NCBI GenBank assembly: GCA_964373295.1
Contig: CAYJUA010000001.1
Location: forward strand, 4,608 to 68,607
DNA length: 64,000 bases
Direction of reading: 5' to 3'
Source: an uncultured Planctomycetia bacterium
Lineage (GTDB): Bacteria; Omnitrophota; Gorgyraeia; 1-14-0-20-64-10
How positions within the stretch are numbered: the first letter of the stretch is position 1; each line of letters begins with the position of its first letter. The notes beneath the pieces are model-generated. The model saw only the letters and a program-made list of their open reading frames with translations, was not told the origin of the DNA and made no database searches. Position numbers and translations under genes: made by a program. Of this stretch, positions 1 through 8,815 are shown one piece after another.

Positions 1-506
1 CCGGCTCCGCCGCGATCGACCGCCGGCTCCGCTCCCTGCGGGCCCACGGCAGGCGGGAGGGGCTGGTCCAGGCGGAGCTGGGCCGCAACAGCCGACTGGA
101 TGAGCTCCAGGCCGCCGTGCTCCGGGTGAAGCTGGCGCGGCTCAGGGGGTGGGTCGCGCGGCGGCGGCGGCTGGCCCGCATTTACACGCGGGGGCTGTCC
201 GGCCTGCGCGGCGTGACATGCCCCGCGGAGGCGCCGGGCGCGGAGCACGCGTTCCATCTTTACGTGATCCGGTGCCGCGCGCGCCGGCGCCTGCAGAAGG
301 GCCTGGCGCGCAGGGGGATCGCCTCCCAGGTCTACTACCCGGTGCCGGTGCACCGCCAGCCGACGCACCGGGCGCGGTCGCGCGGCGCGCGCCTCCCTGA
401 AACCGACCGGGCCGCGCGGGAGGCGCTGGCCCTGCCGCTGTTCCCGGAGATGAGGGTGGAGGAGGTGCGGCGCGTCTGCCGCGCGGCGCGGGAGGCGCTG
501 CGCTAG
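1..506 (+). CDS. DegT/DnrJ/EryC1/StrS-family PLP-dependent sugar aminotransferase, C-terminal fragment (5' part outside window)
   Basis: Frame is open from the window edge to TGA 504-506. The translation (...[12 protein letters not shown]...[15 protein letters not shown]...[20 protein letters not shown]...) matches the conserved C-terminal blocks of DegT-type aminotransferases. Confidence 0.7.
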   Translation, partial: GSAAIDRRLRSLRAHGRREGLVQAELGRNSRLDELQAAVLRVKLARLRGWVARRRRLARIYTRGLSGLRGVTCPAEAPGAEHAFHLYVIRCRARRRLQKGLARRGIASQVYYPVPVHRQPTHRARSRGARLPETDRAAREALALPLFPEMRVEEVRRVCRAAREALR

Positions 507-1714
507 AGGCTGAGCTTGCGGGCGGCGAGGCCTGCGATCGTATCGCCGATCGCGAGCGAGGCGGTCGCGGCCGGGGAAGGGGTGTTGCAGACGTGGAGGG
601 CCCTCTCCCCCTGGATGATCCGGAAGTCGTCCAGGAGCGTCCCATCCGGGTCGACCGCCTGCGCCCGGACGCCGGCCCCCGCCGGGACCAGGTCACCCCG
701 TTCCAGGCAGGGCACCAGCCGCCGCGCCGAGCGCAGGAAGGCCGCCGCGCTGAGAGACCGCCAGCACTCCATCAGCCCCGTCCTCCAGTGACGGCCCGCC
801 ATCCGCCAGAAGCCAGGGTAGAGGGCCACCTCGGCTGCGTCCCGCAGGCTCACATCCGTTTTGCGGTACCCCTCCCGCTTGAGCGCCAGCACGGCGTTTG
901 GGCCCACCTCGACGCGGCCGTCCACGCGCCGGGAGAGGTGCACCCCCAGGAACGGGAAGCGGGGGTCCGGCACCGGGTAAATCAGGCCGCGCACCAGGGA
1001 CCGTTTGGAGGGGACCAGCTCGTAATATTCACCCCGGAAGGGAAGGATCCGCGTCGGGAGGAGGGCCCCGGAGGAGCGCGCCACCCGGTCGGCGTGCAGG
1101 CCCGCGCAATTGATAAGGAAGCGGGCGGAGAATTCGCCCCCGGTGGTTTCCAGCACCACCCCGCCCGGCACCGCGCGGCTGCGCAGGAGGCGGGTCCCGG
1201 TGAAGATCCGGACCCCCAGGCGGCGGGCTTCGGCGGCCATCTCCTCGGCGACCCGGCCGAAATCCACGCTCCAGACATGGGGGACATGGAGGGCGCGGAT
1301 CCCCGCGGCCGAGGGCTCGACCTCCCGCAGCTCTTCCGGGCTGAGGAGGCGCAGGTCCCGCACCCCGTTGGCCTTGCCCCGGTGGTAGAGCTCCTCGAGG
1401 CGGGCGATCTCAGCGGGCTCGATGGCGACAACCACTTTCCCACAGCGGCGAAGAGGGATGCCCCGCTCCTGGCAGAAGCCCACCATCCGCCGCCCTCCCC
1501 GGACGCAGAGCCCGGCCTTGAGGGAGCCCGGGCGGTAATAGATCCCCGAATGGATGACCCCGCTGTTGTGCCCGGTCTGGTGCGAGCCGGGGGCGCTCTC
1601 CTTCTCAAGCAGGGTGAGGCTGAGGCGCGGGAAATCGCGGGCGAGGGCGAGGGCGGCGGCGAGCCCGACAATCCCGCCCCCCACCACCGCCAGATCGGAC
1701 TCCTGAGTCGGCAT
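503..1714 (-). CDS. lhgO: FAD-dependent L-2-hydroxyglutarate oxidase/dehydrogenase-like oxidoreductase
   Basis: 403-aa ORF. N-terminal FAD dinucleotide-binding motif [19 protein letters not shown], plus the segment [23 protein letters not shown] that is typical of LhgO-family enzymes. It is the only convincing minus-strand gene and is convergent with the DegT fragment. Confidence 0.7.
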   Translation of the reverse strand: MPTQESDLAVVGGGIVGLAAALALARDFPRLSLTLLEKESAPGSHQTGHNSGVIHSGIYYRPGSLKAGLCVRGGRRMVGFCQERGIPLRRCGKVVVAIEPAEIARLEELYHRGKANGVRDLRLLSPEELREVEPSAAGIRALHVPHVWSVDFGRVAEEMAAEARRLGVRIFTGTRLLRSRAVPGGVVLETTGGEFSARFLINCAGLHADRVARSSGALLPTRILPFRGEYYELVPSKRSLVRGLIYPVPDPRFPFLGVHLSRRVDGRVEVGPNAVLALKREGYRKTDVSLRDAAEVALYPGFWRMAGRHWRTGLMECWRSLSAAAFLRSARRLVPCLERGDLVPAGAGVRAQAVDPDGTLLDDFRIIQGERALHVCNTPSPAATASLAIGDTIAGLAARKLSL

Positions 1715-1765
1715 TCTCCCTTTCGTTTTTCCCTCGTATCATATAACATGAGGATTCAATCTCAA
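1715..1765. promoter_or_regulatory. Divergent intergenic region with an AT-rich island (tttcgttttt ... TATCATATAAC); candidate promoter/operator for lhgO and the UXS operon
   Basis: 51 bp between the divergent starts. The AT-rich 11-mer at about 1737-1747 stands out in GC-rich DNA. An AGGA Shine-Dalgarno motif lies about 11 nt before ATG 1766. Confidence 0.3.
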
Positions 1766-4108
1766 ATGCGGATCCTCATCACCGGGGGCGCCGGTTTCAT
1801 CGGCTCGCACCTCACCGAGCGTTTCCTCGCGGAGGGCCACGAGGTCCTCTGCGTGGACAACTTCATCACCGGCGCGGAGAAGAACCTTTCCGGGGCGGAC
1901 GGGAAGAGCTCCTTTCAGCTGGTCCGGCATGACATCAGCCGGCCGCTGGAGGTGGAAGGTTCGGTGGATTTCGTCCTCCATTTCGCGTCGCCCGCCAGCC
2001 CGCCGGACTACATGCGGTACCCCATCCAGACGATGAAGGTGGGCGCCCTGGGAACGCACAACGCCTTGGGGATCGCCAAGGCGAAGAAAGCGAAGTTCCT
2101 GCTGGCCTCCACCTCGGAGGTGTACGGGGACCCGGAGATCCACCCTCAGAAGGAGAGTTATTGGGGCCACGTGAACCCCGTGGGGCCGCGCGGGGTCTAC
2201 GACGAAGCCAAGCGGTTCGCCGAGGCGCTCACCATGGCGTACCACCGGGAGCACGAGGTGGACACCCGGATCGTCCGGATCTTCAACAGTATTCTTGCGG
2301 ATGAGACGGTGGTTCTCTTCAATGAGCGCAAGCTGCATCTGGAGCCCATCGCGGACTACGTGGCCGGTTTGGAGCGCCGTCTGGAGCTCGATCCGCCGAA
2401 GATTCTTGTTCCGTCCTTTGATCCCGAGACCTGCCGAGTGTCTTTGGCGGAAGTCAGCGCGGTCATCAAGCATCCCTGCCAAACCGAGTGCTTTCAGCTC
2501 CATCTTCGCTATGGCCGCAGCGTCAAGGTGACCGGCGATCATAGCGTCTTCACCTGCGATGAAAACGGTGCGCCGATCGCAATCCCTGTTCGTCAATTGC
2601 AGGTTGGCGATTACGTTGCGATCCCTGCAGCCTTGCCTGCCGTCGAAAATGACGTTGAACGCTTTCATCTGGGGGACGCTCTCATGCGAGCCCTACCCGA
2701 AGCTGAGCTGTGGGATTATGTCGTTCAGGCTCCCAGCCTCCGGGCAATCATCGACAGCCGAAGGGACGATCTGCACAGGATCCTTGAGGAAAGCGCGCGC
2801 CTTCAGGCAAAGCGGAGGAAAAACGCTCTGGGATGCGCCGCAAGAAAGTATCTGAAGCAGTCTTTTCTGCCGCTTTATGTCCTCAAGCGGTTGGGGATCG
2901 CTGTCCCCGAGGGGGGTCGGTTGCGGGTCTTCAAGTCGGGTGCGCACATCCGGCTGCCTGCGACGATTGAACTTACCGATGACCTTTTGTGGCTCATCGG
3001 CTTCTTCATCGCGGAAGGCGGCTTCCATTATTCGGCCGGGAAAAGCGCGTACATCTCGTTTTGCTCCAACGGCTACTTGCTTGACCGCGCCGCAAGCATC
3101 CTGCAGGGGTTGGGTTGCCACGTCGTTCGGGTCCCTCCAACTGAGAAAACAGGCCCTGCAGTGACGGCGCATTCCCGGCTTCTCCATCATTTGTTCAAAG
3201 ATGTTTTCGGGGTCGTCGGAGAGGGAAAGAGATTTCCAACATGGATTCTCCAGTTGCCGCTCTCCCGGCTGAAGCATGTCCTGGAAGGTTTCCGGGAAGG
3301 GGACGGCACCCACAGCGGGAAGAAAATGGGCAAGGAGCTTTGTTTCGATACGACCAGCGAGCCTCTAGCCCAGCAACTCCTGTATCTCTTGCTTCGGTTC
3401 GGAATCGTCGGTAGCTTCGGAAAGTACGGCACTACGTTCCGGAAAAAATATGGAGACCGACGGTTCCCGTTCTTCCGCGTGACCATCTGCGAGTTGGATA
3501 ATTTCGATGTTCTCGGTTGGGATCGAGGGGTTCGGCAAACACTTGATGCAAGACGGAAGGGCGACTTGGTGTGGTCCAGAGTGAAGCGGATTGAGCCTTG
3601 TGAACCGACGGGATTTGTCTACGACTTCTCCGTGCCGCAGAGGGAGAATTTTGTGGCTGGAAACGGCGTCTTCTGCCATAACACCTACGGTCCCCGGATG
3701 CGGGAGGAGGACGGCCGCGCCATTCCCAACTTCATCACCCAGGCGCTCGCGGGGAAGCCGGTGACGGTCTTCGGGGGCGGTTCCCAGACCCGGTCGTTCT
3801 GCTACATCTCGGACATGGTCGAGGGGATCGCGCGCCTGATGAAGAGCGATTTGCACGACCCGGTGAATCTGGGGAATCCCAATGAGATGACCCTTCTGGC
3901 CCTGGCGCGGTTCATTCTGCGGCTGAGCGGCAGCAAAAGCCTCATCGAGTTCCGCCCGCTGCCGGTGGACGACCCGAAGGTCCGGTGCCCGGACATTTCC
4001 CGCGCCCGGGAGGTGCTGCGCTGGAGGCCGGCTGTGCCGCTGGAGGAAGGGCTGCTGAAGACGGTCGAGTGGTTCCGCCAGCTTGACACCCGCTTAAAAT
4101 TTCGGTAA
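1766..4108 (+). CDS. UDP-glucuronate decarboxylase (UDP-xylose synthase)-like NAD-dependent epimerase/dehydratase, interrupted in-frame by an intein
   Basis: N-extein [16 protein letters not shown]...YDEAKR...RIVRIFN and C-extein [18 protein letters not shown]...GNPNEMTL... together give a contiguous UXS/ArnA-like SDR with the hallmark RIFNTYGPRM motif once the insert is removed. An alternative in-frame ATG lies at 1748. The AGGA RBS favours 1766. Confidence 0.85.
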   Translation: MRILITGGAGFIGSHLTERFLAEGHEVLCVDNFITGAEKNLSGADGKSSFQLVRHDISRPLEVEGSVDFVLHFASPASPPDYMRYPIQTMKVGALGTHNALGIAKAKKAKFLLASTSEVYGDPEIHPQKESYWGHVNPVGPRGVYDEAKRFAEALTMAYHREHEVDTRIVRIFNSILADETVVLFNERKLHLEPIADYVAGLERRLELDPPKILVPSFDPETCRVSLAEVSAVIKHPCQTECFQLHLRYGRSVKVTGDHSVFTCDENGAPIAIPVRQLQVGDYVAIPAALPAVENDVERFHLGDALMRALPEAELWDYVVQAPSLRAIIDSRRDDLHRILEESARLQAKRRKNALGCAARKYLKQSFLPLYVLKRLGIAVPEGGRLRVFKSGAHIRLPATIELTDDLLWLIGFFIAEGGFHYSAGKSAYISFCSNGYLLDRAASILQGLGCHVVRVPPTEKTGPAVTAHSRLLHHLFKDVFGVVGEGKRFPTWILQLPLSRLKHVLEGFREGDGTHSGKKMGKELCFDTTSEPLAQQLLYLLLRFGIVGSFGKYGTTFRKKYGDRRFPFFRVTICELDNFDVLGWDRGVRQTLDARRKGDLVWSRVKRIEPCEPTGFVYDFSVPQRENFVAGNGVFCHNTYGPRMREEDGRAIPNFITQALAGKPVTVFGGGSQTRSFCYISDMVEGIARLMKSDLHDPVNLGNPNEMTLLALARFILRLSGSKSLIEFRPLPVDDPKVRCPDISRAREVLRWRPAVPLEEGLLKTVEWFRQLDTRLKFR
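2288..3682 (+). mobile_element. Intein (465 aa) with LAGLIDADG homing-endonuclease domain, inserted between N and T of the RIFN|TYGPRM motif
   Basis: Starts with Ser1 ([11 protein letters not shown], block A). TxxH block B ([10 protein letters not shown]). Dodecapeptide-like blocks [14 protein letters not shown] and [14 protein letters not shown]. Block [18 protein letters not shown]. Terminal ...VFCHN followed by +1 Thr. In frame with no stops. Confidence 0.8.
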
Positions 4109-4112
4109 TGTT

Positions 4113-4131
4113 CATCCATTGAACATGGATG
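4113..4131 (+). terminator. Short hairpin (CATCCAT-tgaac-ATGGATG) 5 nt after the UXS stop
   Basis: 7-bp inverted repeat with a 5-nt loop seen directly in the sequence. The stem is AT-rich and there is no T-tract, so terminator function is doubtful. It could equally be a protein-binding site. Confidence 0.2.
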
Positions 4132-4182
4132 CCTGCGTGTACCCAACCCCCTGTCCCATCGTGAGCTAGTGGGGCCTGCCTG

Positions 4183-5574
4183 GTGAGGATCGAGGAGTAC
4201 CGGAGCCTTCAACTCCTCCACGAGCTCTCCGAGGATCCCGAAGTGACGCAGCGGGGTCTGGGCCGGAGGGTCGGCTTGGCCCTGGGGCTCATCAACGCCC
4301 ACCTGCACCGCCTGAGCACGCAGGGGCTCATCGAGATCCTGGATGGGAACAGGGGGCGCATCCGCTATCAGATCACGGCCGCCGGGGTGGAGGAGAAGAG
4401 CCACCTGATCGGGGAATACCTCGAATACTCCTTGCATTTCTACCGCGATCTCCGGCGTTTCCTGAGGGAGCGTCTTGTCCAGCTGGCGGGGCAAGGGGTG
4501 CAGCGGATCCTCCTGGTCGGGACGGGCGACCTGGCGGAGGTGGCCTATCTCACGCTGCAGGAAGTGGGCCTGGCCCTTGCCGGGGTGGTGGGGGAAGGAG
4601 AGGGCCGGAGGCAGACCTTCTTCAATCTCCCGGTCCGCGATCTCTCGGCGGCCGGCTCTTTGGAGTTCGACCATGTCATCGTGGCGGCCGAAAAATCCGA
4701 CGGCCGCCTCTCGCGGGAACTGGCCGCCCTGGGCATCCCGCAAAAGAGGGTGATTCTCCTTCCCCACGACCCCTCCTCCTTCGCCGGGCTGGGCCTCAAG
4801 GATTGGTTCGTGCCGAGCTCGGAGAATGGAAGACCTTTGCGTCCCTCGACCACGGATGTGGTGGTCCTCTGCGGCGGGAGGGGGACCCGCCTGGGCTCGC
4901 TGACGGCGGAGACGCCGAAACCGCTCCTCCCCGTGGGGGAGGAGCCGTTTCTCCTGCGCCTCATCGCCCGCCTGAAAAGGGAAGGGTTCACGCGGATCGT
5001 GCTGGCGGCCCACTACCGCCCCGACCAGTTCGAGGCGCTCCTCCAGGAACGGCGGGCCGAGCTCGCCGACGTGGAGCTGGTGGTTGAGCCGGAACCCCTG
5101 GGCACCGGCGGGGCGCTCCGGCACGCCGTGGAGCATGTGCTCAGCCCCGCGTTCGTGGTGCTCAACGGGGACACCTGGGTGCGGCAGCCGCTGGGCCCGG
5201 TGCTGGAGGAGCACGGCACGTTGGGGCGCCAGTTCACCGTGGTCGCGGTGCATTCCTCGCGGGTGGAGGGGGAGCCGCTGAAGAAGGGGGTCTGGCGGAT
5301 CGGGCCCCGGGGCGAGGTGCTGGGGTTCGAGACGCAGGATTCGGTGGCGAACGGATGGGTGAACGCGGGCTGCTACGTGCTGGACCGGGGCATGGTGCAG
5401 GCGTGGCCCGTGGGGTCGTACAGCTTGGAGGCGAACCTCCCGGCGCTCCTCAAGGGGCGAAGGAGCGGCGTGTTCTGCTCGGAGGGAAGGATGCTGGACA
5501 TCGGCATGCCGAGCACTTACGACCGGGCGGCGGCGGTCCTGGAATCCTACGGGTCGATGGAGGTCCTCGCGTGA
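4183..5574 (+). CDS. Three-domain protein: N-terminal winged-helix DNA-binding domain plus Rossmann-like domain (Rex-like arrangement) fused to a sugar-1-phosphate nucleotidyltransferase
   Basis: GTG start. N-terminal section (residues 1-95) looks like a wHTH. A GVQRILLVGTGDLAEVAYL Rossmann-type stretch follows. The C-terminal half has the nucleotidyltransferase signature VVVLCGGRGTRLGSLTAETPKPLLPVGEEPFL and later GWVNAGCYVL. It is a single uninterrupted ORF. Confidence 0.6.
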   Translation: MRIEEYRSLQLLHELSEDPEVTQRGLGRRVGLALGLINAHLHRLSTQGLIEILDGNRGRIRYQITAAGVEEKSHLIGEYLEYSLHFYRDLRRFLRERLVQLAGQGVQRILLVGTGDLAEVAYLTLQEVGLALAGVVGEGEGRRQTFFNLPVRDLSAAGSLEFDHVIVAAEKSDGRLSRELAALGIPQKRVILLPHDPSSFAGLGLKDWFVPSSENGRPLRPSTTDVVVLCGGRGTRLGSLTAETPKPLLPVGEEPFLLRLIARLKREGFTRIVLAAHYRPDQFEALLQERRAELADVELVVEPEPLGTGGALRHAVEHVLSPAFVVLNGDTWVRQPLGPVLEEHGTLGRQFTVVAVHSSRVEGEPLKKGVWRIGPRGEVLGFETQDSVANGWVNAGCYVLDRGMVQAWPVGSYSLEANLPALLKGRRSGVFCSEGRMLDIGMPSTYDRAAAVLESYGSMEVLA

Positions 5575-6731
5575 GCTTGGCCACGTCGGCCCCAGCGGAG
5601 GCCAAGCGGCCTTACCGGATCACGTTCGGGTACATCGAGGTGGGGGCGTCGGGGCGGCGCTGGTTGGAGGAGGCGCTGGACCGGAACTGGGTCTCTGAAG
5701 GCCCCAACGTCCAGCGGTTCGAGGAGCTCTTCGCGAAGCGGTTCGGATACCGGCAGGCGGTGGCGACCAGCTCCGGGACGGACGCCGGGATCGTGGCGAT
5801 GTCGGTGCTGATGGATCGCGGGGTGCAGCGGGGCGACGAGGTGATCACCCCGTCGCTGGCGTTCGTGGCCACGGGGAACTGCATCCTCGCGGCGGGGCTG
5901 ACCCCGAAGTTCGTGGACGTGGAGCTCGGGACCCTCAACATCGACCCGGCCCTCCTTGAGCGGGCGATCACGCCCCGGACGCGCGCCATCCAGGTGGTGC
6001 ACACGATGGGCAAGCCGTGCCGGATGGGCCCGATCCTGGAGGTCGCGCGGAGGCACAAGCTCGCCGTCATCGAGGACTGCTGCGAGGCGCATGGGGCGAC
6101 GCTCAACGGCCAGGTGGTCGGCTCCTTCGGGGAGATGGGGCTCTTCAGCTTCTACGTGGCGCACATCATCTGCAGCGGCGAGGGCGGGATGATCTCCACG
6201 GGCGATGCCGGCCTGGCGCTCCTTTGCCGGTCGGTGCGCAGCCACGGCCGCCGGGGCGGGCAGCTCTATTTCCACTTCGACCGGGTCGGTTACAACTCCA
6301 AGATGAACGACCTGGAGGCGGCCATCGGCCTCGAGGGGTTGGAGTTGTTCGACCGGACCTTCGGCATCCGCCGGCGGCATCTCCAGCGGCTCTGGGAGCG
6401 GCTGGCCCCTCTGGAGGACCGTCTGATCCTGTACCGCGACGGGCCGGGCGAGGTGACCTGCCCCCACGCCTTCCCGCTCGTGCTGCGCGACCCCCGGGCC
6501 TCCATCGAGGGGCTCTATCAGCACCTGGAGAGCCGGGGGATCCAGTGCAAGACGCTGTTCGGATCGCTGCCGGTTCAGCACGACTGCTTCAAGTTCCTCG
6601 GCTACCGCACGGGCAGCTTCCCCGTGGCGGAGCGGATCGGGCGGACCGGCCTTCATTTCGGCGTCCATCAGTATTTGACCGAAGGGGACATCCATTATGC
6701 TGCAGAATGCATCCGGTCCTACTTCAAGTAA
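5571..6731 (+). CDS. DegT/DnrJ/EryC1/StrS-family PLP-dependent sugar aminotransferase
   Basis: GTG start overlaps the upstream stop (GTGA). ...FEELFAKRFGYRQAVATSSGTDAGIVAM..., lysine-containing block FSFYVAHIICSGEGG, and C-terminal ...LPVAERIGRTGLHFGVHQYLTEGDI... are typical of DegT enzymes. Confidence 0.85.
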   Translation: MSLATSAPAEAKRPYRITFGYIEVGASGRRWLEEALDRNWVSEGPNVQRFEELFAKRFGYRQAVATSSGTDAGIVAMSVLMDRGVQRGDEVITPSLAFVATGNCILAAGLTPKFVDVELGTLNIDPALLERAITPRTRAIQVVHTMGKPCRMGPILEVARRHKLAVIEDCCEAHGATLNGQVVGSFGEMGLFSFYVAHIICSGEGGMISTGDAGLALLCRSVRSHGRRGGQLYFHFDRVGYNSKMNDLEAAIGLEGLELFDRTFGIRRRHLQRLWERLAPLEDRLILYRDGPGEVTCPHAFPLVLRDPRASIEGLYQHLESRGIQCKTLFGSLPVQHDCFKFLGYRTGSFPVAERIGRTGLHFGVHQYLTEGDIHYAAECIRSYFK

Positions 6732-8802
6732 GCCGCTGAAGACAGCCGAGGCGGCTCCCTTCGGAAACGGGGAGGGCCTGCGCCTCTACCGGAAGCTGAT
6801 CCTGTCCCGCCGGGCGGAGGAGAGGGTCCGCAGGGAATACCCCGGCGACGAGATGAAGACGCCGGTTCATCTGGGCGTCGGCCAGGAGGCGATCCCGGTC
6901 GGCGTTTGCTCTGTCCTTCCTCCCGGGACGCGGGCGTTCGGGACCTACCGGAACCACGCCCTGTACCTCTCCCTCACCGACGACGTGGATGGTTTCTTCG
7001 GGGAACTCTACGGCCGGGCCACGGGGCCGGGCAAGGGCAAAGCCGGCTCCATGCATTTGACTTATCCGGAGCGCGGCTTGATGGCCACCTCCGCGGTGGT
7101 CGGCACCACCCTCCCGCTTGCCGTCGGCGCGGCCCTGGCCAACGCCTACCGGAAGAGCCCCGCTTGGGTGGTGGCCTTCTTCGGGGATGGCGCGGCGGAG
7201 GAAGGCGCTTTCTGGGAAAGCCTCAATTTCGCCTGCCTGCGGCGCCTGCGGATCCTCTTCGTGTGCGAAGACAACGGATTGGCCATCCACACCTCAACCC
7301 CTCAGCGGCAGGGCTTCCGCTCGATCCCGGAGGCGGTGCAGGGGTTTGAATGCCATGTGGACAGCCAGGATGGGAGCGACCTCGCGGCGGTCGTCGCCTC
7401 CACCCGGCGGATGCTGGAGCGGATGGAGAGGGATCCCAAGCCCGGCTTCCTGCACTTCACCTATTTCCGCTTCCTCGAGCACGTGGGACCCCGGGAGGAT
7501 TTTGAGGCGGGATATCGGCGCCGCCCCACGCCGGAGGAGATGGAGCGCCTGGATCCCGTTTCCCGGTTCGAGAAGGCCCTTTGCCGGAACGGCTGCACCC
7601 CGGCGGACCTGCAGCGGGTCCAGTCGGAGGTGGACAGCCGGATCGACCGCGCGGTGCAGGGCGCCCGGACGGCCGCGTTCGCCCCGCCCGCCGAGCTGTA
7701 CACGGATCTCTTCGCCGAGGCGCAGCACGCCCAAGCCCGGCCCGATGCGCCCGAGATCCCGAGGGCGCAGATCTCCTTCCGGCAGGCCCTGACGCTGGCC
7801 CTGCGCAGGGAGATGGAGTCCGACCCGGAGGTTTTTGTTTTCGGGCTGGACGTGCCCGACCACAAGCGGATTTTCGGGAGCACGGCCGGGCTGGTGGAGC
7901 AGTTCGGACCGGAGCGCTGTTTCGGCACCCCTCTTTCGGAGGAGGCGATGACCGGGGTCGCGCTGGGCGCCGCCATCTCCGGCCTGCGCCCCGTCCATGT
8001 CCACATCCGGGCCGATTTCATGCTGCTGGCCATGAACCAGATCGTCAACATGATCTCGAACCTCCGCTACATGACCGGTGGGCGGCTCCGGATCCCCCTG
8101 GTCATCCGGGCGGTGATCGGGCGTGGCTGGGGCCAATCCGCGCAGCACAGCAAGACGCTCCACGGCATCCTCAGCCATTTCCCGGGGCTCAAGGTGGTGA
8201 TGCCATCGACCCCCCAGGACGCGTACAGCCTGCTCCGCTCCTCTGTCCGGGACGACAACCCGGTCATCTTCCTGGAGCACCGGTGGCTTTACGACGTCGT
8301 CGGCGAGGTGGACGAAGCCAAGGCCATCCCGCTGGGGCTCCCCGCCCTCCGGCGCCGCGGCGGAGCCCTGACGGTGGTCAGCACCTCCTGGATGACGGTG
8401 GAGGCCTTGAAGGCGGCGGAGGTCCTTTCCCGGAAGCAGGGGGTGGAGCTGGAGGTCGTGGATGTCCGGACCGTCTCGCCCCTGGACGTGGAGCCGATGG
8501 TGGAGTCGGTCCGGAAGACCCGCCACTGCATCGTGGCCGACTACGACTGGGCATTCTCGGGCTTCTCCGCGGAGCTGGCGGCGCAGATTGGCCATCGCTG
8601 CTTCGGGATCTTAAAGAAGCCGGTGGAACGGCTGGGGTTCGCCCATGTCCCGTGCCCGACGACGCGGCCGCTGGAAAACCTCTTTTACCCCTCCGCCGTC
8701 CACATCATCCGGACGGCCGAGAAGATGCTGGGCCTGTCCGAGCAGGACCTGTCGGGAGAATCGTTCTACAGCTATGAGCACAAGTTCAAGGGGCCCTTCT
8801 GA
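6697..8802 (+). CDS. Fused thiamine-diphosphate-dependent 2-oxoacid dehydrogenase E1 component (alpha and beta subunits in one 701-aa chain)
   Basis: Alpha part: LRLYRKLILSRRAEERV...GDGAAEEGAFWESLNFA (TPP-binding GDG motif). Beta part: ...FGLDVPDHKRIFGSTAGLVEQFGPERCFGTPLSEEAMTGVALGAAISGLRP...MPSTPQDAYSLL... The start overlaps the upstream gene by 35 nt, so a later start is possible. Confidence 0.8.
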   Translation: MLQNASGPTSSKPLKTAEAAPFGNGEGLRLYRKLILSRRAEERVRREYPGDEMKTPVHLGVGQEAIPVGVCSVLPPGTRAFGTYRNHALYLSLTDDVDGFFGELYGRATGPGKGKAGSMHLTYPERGLMATSAVVGTTLPLAVGAALANAYRKSPAWVVAFFGDGAAEEGAFWESLNFACLRRLRILFVCEDNGLAIHTSTPQRQGFRSIPEAVQGFECHVDSQDGSDLAAVVASTRRMLERMERDPKPGFLHFTYFRFLEHVGPREDFEAGYRRRPTPEEMERLDPVSRFEKALCRNGCTPADLQRVQSEVDSRIDRAVQGARTAAFAPPAELYTDLFAEAQHAQARPDAPEIPRAQISFRQALTLALRREMESDPEVFVFGLDVPDHKRIFGSTAGLVEQFGPERCFGTPLSEEAMTGVALGAAISGLRPVHVHIRADFMLLAMNQIVNMISNLRYMTGGRLRIPLVIRAVIGRGWGQSAQHSKTLHGILSHFPGLKVVMPSTPQDAYSLLRSSVRDDNPVIFLEHRWLYDVVGEVDEAKAIPLGLPALRRRGGALTVVSTSWMTVEALKAAEVLSRKQGVELEVVDVRTVSPLDVEPMVESVRKTRHCIVADYDWAFSGFSAELAAQIGHRCFGILKKPVERLGFAHVPCPTTRPLENLFYPSAVHIIRTAEKMLGLSEQDLSGESFYSYEHKFKGPF

Positions 8803-8815
8803 TGAGCTCCGATCC

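Noticed and set aside
593-1765. N-terminal 390 codons of the track ORF 593..4108.
   Set aside because: This part is antisense to the well-supported lhgO-like gene and is Pro/Arg/Gly-rich junk. The UXS signature begins only at ATG 1766, which has its own RBS.
4113-4131. Hairpin after UXS as an intrinsic terminator.
   Set aside because: It is kept only as a low-confidence feature. The stem is short and AT-rich with no following U-tract. The downstream gene may still be co-transcribed.
6697-8802. E1 alpha-beta fusion as the missing phosphonopyruvate decarboxylase.
   Set aside because: Ppd belongs to the sulfopyruvate-decarboxylase/acetolactate-synthase branch, not the E1 alpha/beta branch. The gene is 40 kb from Ppm in a different sub-operon.
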